DNA from: Candidatus Micrarchaeia archaeon
Lineage (GTDB): Archaea; Micrarchaeota; Micrarchaeia; Anstonellales; J096
Assembly (NCBI GenBank): GCA_041500865.1
Contig: JBGQMY010000006.1
Span: forward strand, 1 to 53,475
Reading direction: 5' to 3'
DNA: 53,475 bases
Positions 25,454 through 33,536 of the stretch are shown here, piece by piece. A program made the position numbers and the translations under genes. The stretch's first letter is position 1. The number at the start of each line of letters is the position of its first letter. The notes below the pieces were generated by a model. That model was not told the DNA's origin, made no database searches, and was given only the letters and a program-made list of their open reading frames with translations.

Positions 25454-25547
25454 TACAACAGTATAAACAAAAAACCTTAAAAGAGTATATATAGCCCAAA
25501 TATCCATTAAAAATAACTTTAAAAACCATTCGGCTCCCTATTATATC

Positions 25548-26447
25548 ATGTTCAGGAGGCTGGAGCATGTGCCGTCTTCGTATTTCGGCAAAAAGAGAAT
25601 CAACGCCAATTGCATGCTTGGCCCATTCCGCGCCTCAAGGCACATGGAAGAGTGCGAAATGCTGAAGGGCGCGTTCATATCAAGGGAAGACAAGGATGCA
25701 GTCACCGAGACGTCAGGCAAGGCGTTCCTGATTGCGCAAAAACGGGTGCGGAACCTGGAGCACGAGCTTTCCGAGGGCATCACTGGGCAGGAGCGGAATT
25801 TCTTCTTCAGGTTTTATCCGCTGATGATGGTGCGGGACGGCGCGCTTATCCAAGCAATGGAAATCCTCCAGCGCTCAAATCCAGACATATCAAAAAACCG
25901 CATATTGGTTACAAAGAAGAACCTCACGTGCCTGTATGCGATGCTTGCAGGAAAGAAGCCGGCCTCAATCATTTCTTGTTCCATGCAGACTATTGATATG
26001 CATAGGAGCGAAAGGTTTGGCTTCGGCAAGGACGGACTGGCATTGGCTGGCGCCATTGACATAAAGAGCTGGCTTGTTTCGCAGTCAGAAAAAACCGTTT
26101 TGGACTTCATGGGCTCAGACGTGTTCTACCGCGACCCGGTTTCGGCAGCAGTCATCCTCGGGATACCGGGCGCCTCGGCCGAAGCGTTCGCTTCCGGCTT
26201 TGACAAGGACAGCCAGGTGCTTGCAATGCTGCATTTTGACGCCGAACTGGACCACGTGCTTTGGGACAGCGTGTTCGTGCCTGCGGTCTTGCCGGACGGT
26301 GAGTTGCCTGATGCCGATGTCCTCAGGGAGTGGCATGGCTGCCTTGCGCGCGCAATCCCGGAGGAGGCAATGGACCTGCTTCTGCTTGAGTCAAAGATAA
26401 AGACGCTTATGGGGATTGCCGAAGCTGTGGAAAGGAGCAAGGCATGA
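25548..26447 (+). CDS. Hypothetical protein (299 aa)
   Basis: Long ORF with its own TTTAAAAA box about 25 nt upstream; no motif recognised. Confidence 0.65.
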   Translation: MFRRLEHVPSSYFGKKRINANCMLGPFRASRHMEECEMLKGAFISREDKDAVTETSGKAFLIAQKRVRNLEHELSEGITGQERNFFFRFYPLMMVRDGALIQAMEILQRSNPDISKNRILVTKKNLTCLYAMLAGKKPASIISCSMQTIDMHRSERFGFGKDGLALAGAIDIKSWLVSQSEKTVLDFMGSDVFYRDPVSAAVILGIPGASAEAFASGFDKDSQVLAMLHFDAELDHVLWDSVFVPAVLPDGELPDADVLREWHGCLARAIPEEAMDLLLLESKIKTLMGIAEAVERSKA

Positions 26448-26460
26448 GCCTTACACAAAG

Positions 26461-26532
26461 TGAGCCCGCCCGGGATCGAACCGGGGATTTTTACCGTGTC
26501 AGGGTAACGTCTTACCACTCGACTACGGGCTC
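26461..26532 (-). tRNA. tRNA-Val (anticodon GAC)
   Basis: Minus strand: GAGCCCG/CGGGCTC acceptor, TTACC-CTGACAC-GGTAA anticodon arm, CCCGG-TTCGATC-CCGGG T arm. Confidence 0.95.
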
Positions 26533-26540
26533 GTCCGCAG

Positions 26541-26607
26541 ACGAGCCTGTAGCATTTTGGCCTTTTTTCAAGGCCAAACAGGCTACGGGCTCATAATCTA
26601 CAGGCTC
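26541..26607 (-). repeat. Inverted and direct copies of the tRNA-Val 5' end upstream of the tRNA, forming nested hairpins
   Basis: On + strand: ACGAGCCTGTAGC (26541-26553), GCTACGGGCTC (26582-26592), CTACAGGCTC (26598-26607), and inner stem TTTGGCCTT/AAGGCCAAA. Confidence 0.8.
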
Positions 26608-26885
26608 TATAACTTGCCCATCTCGTTCTTGAGCTTCATCATGTACGGCAAGGGTATCAGGTCCTTCTGCCCGTTTGAATACAGGAACTTGGAGAACCTC
26701 AGCTTGTCCTGCTCCTCTGCCCTTGCGAATATGGCGTTTGAGAGCGCGGCCACCATGTGCACCTCTCCGGACACGGTTGCCTCCTTCGTCATCGCTATGA
26801 CGTCCCCCATGCCCATGCTCCGCCTGTGGAGCGCCCTGTATACCGCATCTACCTCTGCGGCTATCTCGGAAAGCTTCTTCGCCAT
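26607..26885 (-). CDS. Hypothetical protein (92 aa)
   Basis: MAKKLSEIAAEVDAVY...; TTTAAATA box about 25 nt upstream; coding-like usage. Confidence 0.6.
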   Translation of the reverse strand: MAKKLSEIAAEVDAVYRALHRRSMGMGDVIAMTKEATVSGEVHMVAALSNAIFARAEEQDKLRFSKFLYSNGQKDLIPLPYMMKLKNEMGKL

Positions 26886-26980
26886 TGCATTTATATTGGG
26901 CATTAAATATTTAAAAGGCTTCTTTTTGTGTGCCCAAGCGGTCGCAACTGTTTTAAATGCTTGCTGGCATAGCCATCCAT

Positions 26981-27700
26981 ATGCAAAAGCTGGCGAAGCC
27001 CGCCGAAAAGCCGAACCCGGCGCTTGCGGCATATCTGAAAAAGAACGGCCTTTCGTTGAAGAGCATAGCTGAAATCAGCGGCGAGCACGCAAAAATAAAC
27101 GGCATAATGGAAGAAAGCGAATTCTGGAACCAGTACTACAAAAGCGGCCTGGACGCATTCCACGAGTCAGTTGAATATTCCCTCAACATGGAGACATTCG
27201 GCCTCATGGCAGACATGATTCCGTCCTGCGCCAGGGTGTTTGAGCCGTGCTGCAGGAGCGGATATCTTGGGGCTTGGCTGGCATCATCAAGGCCCGATAT
27301 AGGGTATGTGGGCATGGACATCAACCCCCTTGCCATAGAAAAGGCAAAGAAGGCTGCGTTCAGCAACGGGGTTCATCCCAGGTTATTCGTGCAAGGAGAC
27401 TACCGACGGCATTCCGGAAAATATGATATTGCAATAGGAAGGAATATCACCAACACAGGCGATTTTGAGGTTGATTTGGCCGCGATAAGGAAGATAATCT
27501 CCATTGCCGGCGAGATTGTGGTTCTGCATTTCACATACGAAAACAGGATTGAGAATGATATTTCAAGCCTCAGAACGTATTATTATGCCCGCGGATTCAC
27601 TTTGGAGAATGTTTTCGGGCCTTTTGGGACCGCGACAGGCAACCCTTCTGGCCAAACCGCCGTTGCTTTCGTCTACAGCGCAGCAAAGAATGGTTATTAA
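26981..27700 (+). CDS. Class I SAM-dependent methyltransferase-like protein
   Basis: RVFEPCCRSGYLG motif I variant, YVGMDINPLAIEKAK, FVQGD, YDIAI. Confidence 0.75.
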   Translation: MQKLAKPAEKPNPALAAYLKKNGLSLKSIAEISGEHAKINGIMEESEFWNQYYKSGLDAFHESVEYSLNMETFGLMADMIPSCARVFEPCCRSGYLGAWLASSRPDIGYVGMDINPLAIEKAKKAAFSNGVHPRLFVQGDYRRHSGKYDIAIGRNITNTGDFEVDLAAIRKIISIAGEIVVLHFTYENRIENDISSLRTYYYARGFTLENVFGPFGTATGNPSGQTAVAFVYSAAKNGY

Positions 27701-27723
27701 ACATTGCCTTTCAATCAAAATGC

Positions 27724-28998
27724 ATGGCACTGTCTCCTGAGGCAAGGCGCCTTAACAGGGAAATGAAGGCCGGCCCGTTCTTCAACATCCTGTCAAGGAA
27801 GGGCAAGGCAATCTATTTTCCCAAAAAAGGGTTTGTGCAGCAGTCGATTGACGCAAAAGACAAGGGAATAAACGCAACGGCAGGCATAGCCAACGAGGAT
27901 GACGGCGGCGTGATGCACCTCGGGATAATGGGCAGCGAGCTCAACATTTCTCCTGAAAGGGCGTTTTCCTATTCCCCTTCATCCGGCAATCCGGAGCTCA
28001 GGCAGCTGTGGAAGGATGCGATACTGGAAAAGAATCCCTCCATCAAGTCAAATATGTCAATGCCCATCGTAACCTGCGGCATAACGCATGCAATAGCGGT
28101 TGCAGCCTATCTTTTCGCCGAAAAGGGCGTTGATGTCATAATGCCGGACCTGTACTGGGAAAACTACGGCCTCATATTCGAGAACGGGTTCGGCGCAAGG
28201 CTAAAGACATTCCCAATGTTCTCAGGGAAGGCATTCAACGTTGAAGGGCTTGATGCCGCGATAGGGGAATCAGGAAGGCCACTTGTCCTTCTGAACTTTC
28301 CGAACAATCCCACAGGCTATACCCCGACGGATGAAGAGGCCGAGAGAATCGCAGCCGTCATAGGGGAATATGCGAAAACGAAGCCGCTTGTTGCGGTATG
28401 CGACGACGCATATTTCGGCCTGGTGTACAAGGAAGGCGTTTTCAGGGAATCGCTGTTCGCAAAGCTGATGGAAAAGGAAAACGTGCTTGCAGTGAAATGC
28501 GACGGGGCGACAAAGGAAAACTACGCCTGGGGCTTCAGGGTCGGTTTCATCACGTTCGGCGTAAGGAGCGCAACCAAGGAATTTTACAATGCGCTGGAGA
28601 ACAAGGCGATAGGCGCGATACGCAGCTCCGTCTCAAGCGCCCCGACGCCATCCCAGTCCATAGTCCTGGATTCGCTAAAGGACCCTTCCTTCGCGGCCCA
28701 GAAGCAGGAGAAGCTAAAGACGCTCAAGGCGAGGTTTGACGAGGTTGAATTGATACTTAAGGAAGAAAGATACAGGAGGTGGCTGGAGCCGCTTCCGTTC
28801 AACTCCGGATATTTCATGTGCATGGAAACAAAGGGCATTGACGCCGAAAAGCTGAGAAAAAAGCTCCTGGACAAGTATGGCGTTGGCGTCATTGCCATAG
28901 CCGGAAAGGTAAGGGTTGCGTATTCCGCAATACCGAAACAAAGGCTTAGGGAGCTGTTTGACAGCATAGTCGAGGCATGCGAAAAGCTGTCAAAATAG
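27724..28998 (+). CDS. PLP-dependent aminotransferase class I/II
   Basis: NATAG, LNFPNNPTGYTP, DDAYFGL, DGATKE..WGFRVGF, FNSGYFM, RVAYS. Confidence 0.93.
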   Translation: MALSPEARRLNREMKAGPFFNILSRKGKAIYFPKKGFVQQSIDAKDKGINATAGIANEDDGGVMHLGIMGSELNISPERAFSYSPSSGNPELRQLWKDAILEKNPSIKSNMSMPIVTCGITHAIAVAAYLFAEKGVDVIMPDLYWENYGLIFENGFGARLKTFPMFSGKAFNVEGLDAAIGESGRPLVLLNFPNNPTGYTPTDEEAERIAAVIGEYAKTKPLVAVCDDAYFGLVYKEGVFRESLFAKLMEKENVLAVKCDGATKENYAWGFRVGFITFGVRSATKEFYNALENKAIGAIRSSVSSAPTPSQSIVLDSLKDPSFAAQKQEKLKTLKARFDEVELILKEERYRRWLEPLPFNSGYFMCMETKGIDAEKLRKKLLDKYGVGVIAIAGKVRVAYSAIPKQRLRELFDSIVEACEKLSK

Positions 28999-29082
28999 GC
29001 GGTTTTAATGTTTTTTTATGTGCATCCCGACGGAGAGTTTTAATATCTGACGGTTCTAGTGACTTTCAGAGAGGTGGGATTC

Positions 29083-29298
29083 ATGGGCGAAAGGATAGGA
29101 AAAGAGAAGATAGGCAGGAAGAAGGGATTCCTCTACTTCATAGGCAAGGACGGCTACGTCTGGGAAGTGCCGATGAAAAGCAACCCCGGCGGAAAGAAGT
29201 CCAGGGTCGGCAGCGAGCAGATAAAGAAGGAGACGGGATACCTTTACTACCTTGACAACGACGGATACGTCAGCAAGGCAAAAATGGCAAGGAAGTGA
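29083..29298 (+). CDS. Small basic protein with internal duplication
   Basis: Two repeats: IGKEKIGRKKGFLYFIGKDGYV and VGSEQIKKETGYLYYLDNDGYV; GAGGTG RBS. Confidence 0.75.
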   Translation: MGERIGKEKIGRKKGFLYFIGKDGYVWEVPMKSNPGGKKSRVGSEQIKKETGYLYYLDNDGYVSKAKMARK

Positions 29299-29310
29299 AG
29301 AGCTTCCTTT

Positions 29311-30624
29311 TCATTTTCTTTTTAACATCATAAAATCAGTGTAGTTCTCCTTAAGGTCGTTTACCCCTTTCATCAGTATCTCCAGGCCGTACCTATCGGC
29401 TGCGGCCTCGGAGGCGATTACGGCGCTGTTCTTCGGGTATTTCCCTTCGGCAAGGTCCTTTGCGGAGAGCGCGGTGTCCTCCTGCTCGACCTGCTTGGCA
29501 TTCGGCAAAATCCTTTTCAGCGTGCCCTTGCACTGCATCAGCCCCTGTATGTGGGAATGGACCTCCTTTATGCCATCGAACTTCTCGCCCGGCCTCACCA
29601 TGAGGCAGTGGCTGACCATTATCGGCATTATCTTCTCTATCTTGCACGGGTACTGCGACATCGCCTCAATCGTCTCCATCACGACGCCAGCAGTGGAGTT
29701 CTCTATCGCGGCTATGCCCCTGTCTATGTTGCCGTAAAAGAGCTGGTCAAGCACGTTGTGCGACTTTATGAGGTATTTTATCTTATATCGGCCGATTCCC
29801 ATGGCCGCGCATATCTCCGTGCATGCCTGCTCGCAATACGAGCCTTCAATCCCCTGTATCCCTATTGTGAGGCGGCCCGGGTCCACTTGCTCCGGAAGCA
29901 GGTCTTTGGAAAGCGTCTCAACCGCGTAGTAAAACCGCGCCCTCATCTGCCTCGTGAACTTGTTCTTCATCTGGAGGTCTCGGAAAAGCTGCATGGTGTC
30001 GTTGCACGTTTGTTTTTTGACTTCCATAAGCTTCATGAACCCGGTCGTGTCAATCGGCGTCGGCTCTGCGCCCATCTTTTCAAGTATCCTGCCTATGAAA
30101 TGCGTAACGCCCTGGGAGTTGGCTGCCAGCTTGTCATGCTCTTTAGGCGGCATGTCAACCACGTTGAGCCCCTTTGACCTGAAATAATCCGACCAGAACG
30201 CGTATCTTTCATTGCCGCACCTTATGTTGTGTATGACGAAGTTGAGGCCCTTTAGCCCGTTCTTGACCGAATCCGGCCCGAACATGGGGTGCGTCGCGAT
30301 TATCTCGGTTTCAAGCGGCAGATGCCTTATCATAAGTTCTACAGGGTATTCCTTGACCGAGCAGGTGTCTATCACCACCGAGCCCTCCCTGAATTTGTTG
30401 GCTTTCAGCGTGCTTTCCATCTCGGATATGGGCACGCAAAGGAAAACGGCGTCGCATTTGCCGATAAGCACTTCCGCGCTGTCGTATTTCACGCCCCTTT
30501 CCTTGGCCAGTGCGCTCCTGTCCGACCTGTTTGCCACGCAGACGTCAAAGTCCTGTTTCAGTATGTCCGCCATGACCTGGCCGAAACGGCCATACCCCAA
30601 AACCCCGACAGCCATCTTGCCCAT
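29311..30624 (-). CDS. Prephenate/arogenate dehydrogenase - prephenate dehydratase fusion
   Basis: N-terminal GVLGYGRFG, DTCSVK, THPMFGP, EHDKLAA.SQ..THF (TyrA). C-terminal QGIEGSY, AIENSTAG.V, SHIQGLMQC, DTALSA, ENYTDF (PDT). Start at 30624. Confidence 0.88.
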   Translation of the reverse strand: MGKMAVGVLGYGRFGQVMADILKQDFDVCVANRSDRSALAKERGVKYDSAEVLIGKCDAVFLCVPISEMESTLKANKFREGSVVIDTCSVKEYPVELMIRHLPLETEIIATHPMFGPDSVKNGLKGLNFVIHNIRCGNERYAFWSDYFRSKGLNVVDMPPKEHDKLAANSQGVTHFIGRILEKMGAEPTPIDTTGFMKLMEVKKQTCNDTMQLFRDLQMKNKFTRQMRARFYYAVETLSKDLLPEQVDPGRLTIGIQGIEGSYCEQACTEICAAMGIGRYKIKYLIKSHNVLDQLFYGNIDRGIAAIENSTAGVVMETIEAMSQYPCKIEKIMPIMVSHCLMVRPGEKFDGIKEVHSHIQGLMQCKGTLKRILPNAKQVEQEDTALSAKDLAEGKYPKNSAVIASEAAADRYGLEILMKGVNDLKENYTDFMMLKRK

Positions 30625-30638
30625 AATTACCAGTTCTG

Positions 30639-31181
30639 TTATAATTTTTTCAGCCCTGTCCACCATACCTTGTCGTTCTTTTCTATCAAGGATGCAATTT
30701 CCTTTGACTCGCCAAAGTGCAAGCCCCTGGATGCGTTGATTATCCATTCCCTTGCAAGCGGGTTGCCCCTCATCTCGAACGTTTTTGCCTGGATTATGCA
30801 CTCAAGCAGGTCCGCATCCCTTGCAACCAGCGCGTCCTTTGACTTCCTTGCCTTTGTCTCTTTGTACAGCGGGCCGAACTCGTCGAAAACGCCCTTCATG
30901 GCCTCATTCGCCGCCCTTTCCTCGTCCTTCTCGGTGTATGATGCTGACACCTTGTTGATGTCCCATACCCTGGTTTCGCCTATATCGTGTATAAGCGCCA
31001 TCTTCATGCACCTGTCCGGGTCTGCGCCGACCTTGCGCGCCAGCCAGTGCGCTATAAACGACGCCCTGAAGCAGTGCGAGGCCACGCTGTCCCCGCCCCT
31101 TTCGCCTATGAAATACCAGCCGGTCCTCTGCATCTCCTTTAGCAGCTCCAGCTCGAAGAAGAAACGCATTGCCTTTTCCAT
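30639..31181 (-). CDS. HD-domain hydrolase (YfbR/HDDC2 5'-deoxynucleotidase-like)
   Basis: LK..QRTGW, SVASHCFR, MALIHDIGE...D, RDADLLE. Confidence 0.9.
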   Translation of the reverse strand: MEKAMRFFFELELLKEMQRTGWYFIGERGGDSVASHCFRASFIAHWLARKVGADPDRCMKMALIHDIGETRVWDINKVSASYTEKDEERAANEAMKGVFDEFGPLYKETKARKSKDALVARDADLLECIIQAKTFEMRGNPLAREWIINASRGLHFGESKEIASLIEKNDKVWWTGLKKL

Positions 31182-31232
31182 AATCCGGTTTGATAGCCAA
31201 ACTATAAAAAACCTACCAATATAGCGTAAAAC

Positions 31233-31532
31233 ATGGCGAAATTGCAGATAAAGGACGTTTCCACGGTCATGAACTCAACGATAGTGACTGGGTTCCTGAG
31301 GGATGGCGAGCTTAAGGTCGGCATGAGGGTCAAGGTCGATGACAGGACGCTGGAAATAAAGACGATAGAGGTCAAGCACGAGCCAAAGGAGAAGGCCGTT
31401 GCCGGGGACGTTGTCAACATAAGCGTGAGGTTTTTCTCAAACATCTTCGGGGAAGGCGTGGCGTCGGGAAAGCCCAATCCGGAGTACGACCTGTTAAAAG
31501 GCATGAAAAAGGCCATACTTGAGTTTTCCTAA
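31233..31532 (+). CDS. Stand-alone EF-Tu/EF-1A domain II-like beta-barrel protein
   Basis: IVTGFLRDGELKVGM, IKTIEVKH...KAVAGDVVNI. Confidence 0.7.
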   Translation: MAKLQIKDVSTVMNSTIVTGFLRDGELKVGMRVKVDDRTLEIKTIEVKHEPKEKAVAGDVVNISVRFFSNIFGEGVASGKPNPEYDLLKGMKKAILEFS

Positions 31533-31578
31533 AGCGGCCCATGCAAAGTATAAAAGCGTTGCCCTACAACCATAGTGC

Positions 31579-32958
31579 ATGGCAACCGACCTGGGAAGGC
31601 TTTTCAGCCCAAAGAGCATAGCGGTCATAGGCGCATCCGCCAACCCGGAAAAAGTGGGGCATGCGGTGCTCAGCAACCTGCTCAACATAGGGTTCAGGGG
31701 AAAAATATATCCCGTAAACCCGAAATATGACGATGTTTTAGGCCTCAAATGCTACAAGTCAGCTTCCGACATTCCGGGAAAGGCGGAGCTTGCAATCATC
31801 ATGACACCGCCTGATTCAGTTCCGGAGGTTGTCGACCAGCTCGGCAGGAAAGGCACGCGCTATATTGTAGTCATATCCGGAGGGTTCGGCGAGGTCGGGA
31901 ACGAGAAGGGCAAAAAAGACCTGATGGAGGCATGCAAAAGGCACGGCATCCTTATGGTCGGCCCCAATTGTTTAGGAATAACGTGCACAAAGGAGAACCT
32001 TGACACAATATTCTTTCCCATTCACAAGCTCAGGAGGCCGGGCTACGGCGGCGTCTCCATAGTCACGCAGAGCGGCGGCGTCGGTACTTCGCTGCTTGGC
32101 ATAGCGTCCAGCATGGGGATAGGCATAAACAAGTTCGTGTCCTACGGCAACGCCTATAACCTTGACGAGTCGGATTTCATAAACTATTTTGCGGACGATG
32201 ACGAAACAAAGTCCATAGTGGTGTATATTGAGGGCGTTGCAAACGGAAGAAAATTCCTTGACGCGCTTGTGAACGCAAACATAAAGAAGCCCGTAATCGC
32301 GCTGAAGGCCGGAAAGGAAAATCTGGTGCAGAATGCGGTCAAAAGCCACACAGGCGCGCTGGCCGGCAATTATCTTGCATACAGGGCCGCTTTCAAGAAG
32401 GCAAAGGTCATGGAAGCCGAAAACATGAACGACATGTTCGACTACCTTTCGTTTTCAGGGCTGCCGCTGCCAAAAGGCAGGCGCGTGGGAATAATTTCCA
32501 ACGGCGGCGGGCTCGGAGTGATGGCATGCGATTCTGCCCTTAAGAACGGGCTTGCAGTCCCGCAGATATCCGGGAAGCTGGTTGCCGGGGCAAAAAAGTT
32601 CCTGCCATCTTACGCCACTCCTGCCAACCCGTTTGACCTTGTTGCTGACGCCGACGTGGAAAGGTTCAGCAGCGCCATAGATTTGTTCATGGGGAGCGAG
32701 GAGTTCGACATGGTGCTGATAAGCGTGCTGTTCCAGGCGCCGCTGATGAGCGAGGCCCTGCTCAACCCGCTTGTCAAGGCGACCAGCATATGGAAGAAGC
32801 CCATGGCCATCGTGGTGCCAGGCGGAGACGAGGTCGAGGCTTTCAAGAAGATAACGACGATAAACAAGGTTCCGACGTTTGACATACCGGAAAGGGCGGT
32901 CGCGACCCTCAGGAAGATGTACGACTACTCAAGGTTCAAGGGCGTTGCAAAAGAATAG
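31579..32958 (+). CDS. acdA: Acetate/acyl-CoA ligase (ADP-forming) alpha subunit
   Basis: PKSIAVIGAS, YPVNP, SGGFGE, GPNCLG, QSGG, SYGN, KSHTGALAG, SNGGGLGV, NPFDL. Confidence 0.92.
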   Translation: MATDLGRLFSPKSIAVIGASANPEKVGHAVLSNLLNIGFRGKIYPVNPKYDDVLGLKCYKSASDIPGKAELAIIMTPPDSVPEVVDQLGRKGTRYIVVISGGFGEVGNEKGKKDLMEACKRHGILMVGPNCLGITCTKENLDTIFFPIHKLRRPGYGGVSIVTQSGGVGTSLLGIASSMGIGINKFVSYGNAYNLDESDFINYFADDDETKSIVVYIEGVANGRKFLDALVNANIKKPVIALKAGKENLVQNAVKSHTGALAGNYLAYRAAFKKAKVMEAENMNDMFDYLSFSGLPLPKGRRVGIISNGGGLGVMACDSALKNGLAVPQISGKLVAGAKKFLPSYATPANPFDLVADADVERFSSAIDLFMGSEEFDMVLISVLFQAPLMSEALLNPLVKATSIWKKPMAIVVPGGDEVEAFKKITTINKVPTFDIPERAVATLRKMYDYSRFKGVAKE

Positions 32959-32965
32959 GGTTATC

Positions 32966-33460
32966 ATGGCGCTTGACTTCTCGCTTGGCATAAGCTGGCA
33001 ATTCGGGGCCCTGGCCGTCCTCTCCATACTATTATTGCCGTTCTTCCGCGGGCGGTACGCATTCCTTGCCGGGGCTATTGGCTACTCATTGGTCGATATC
33101 CTTCCTGCCCTCTTTGGCGCAAAAGGCACAATCGGCTTATGGACATTGACAGGGGCAATAACCTGGGGCATTGTTGGCTATCTTTTTGCCAGGCAAAACC
33201 CAAACGGCTCGCCCATCACGTTCGCAAAGCTGGGGCTGGGAGGGACCATCCTGTTCGATGCGATTACCGGTGTTATCCTTTCGCCGTTGATGTGGGGCAT
33301 GCCCTGGCAGGATGCCCTAATCGGCCAAATCCCGTTCACGATAAAGCATCTGCTCGGCATTGGGGCAATTTCGATAATACTTGCGCCGCTGCTGTTCCCG
33401 TCAATCAGCCGCTTCCTGTCTAGGAGCAAACTATTCATCCTAAAGCCACAGGCTGGATAA
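32966..33460 (+). CDS. Membrane protein, possible ECF-type S component
   Basis: Five to six TM segments; GTILFDAITG...IGQIPFTIKHLLG resembles S-component C-terminal helices. Confidence 0.5.
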   Translation: MALDFSLGISWQFGALAVLSILLLPFFRGRYAFLAGAIGYSLVDILPALFGAKGTIGLWTLTGAITWGIVGYLFARQNPNGSPITFAKLGLGGTILFDAITGVILSPLMWGMPWQDALIGQIPFTIKHLLGIGAISIILAPLLFPSISRFLSRSKLFILKPQAG

Positions 33461-33536
33461 GCAGTATAACGTCTTTAGCAGAAATCCAAAGGCCAGCCGC
33501 TGCGGAAAGAAAGATTATTAAAGAACCGATTGGCTA

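Noticed and set aside
30625..30801. N-terminal extension of TyrA-PheA in the ORF track
   Set aside because: It overlaps the HD hydrolase gene; the Rossmann motif starts right after ATG 30624.
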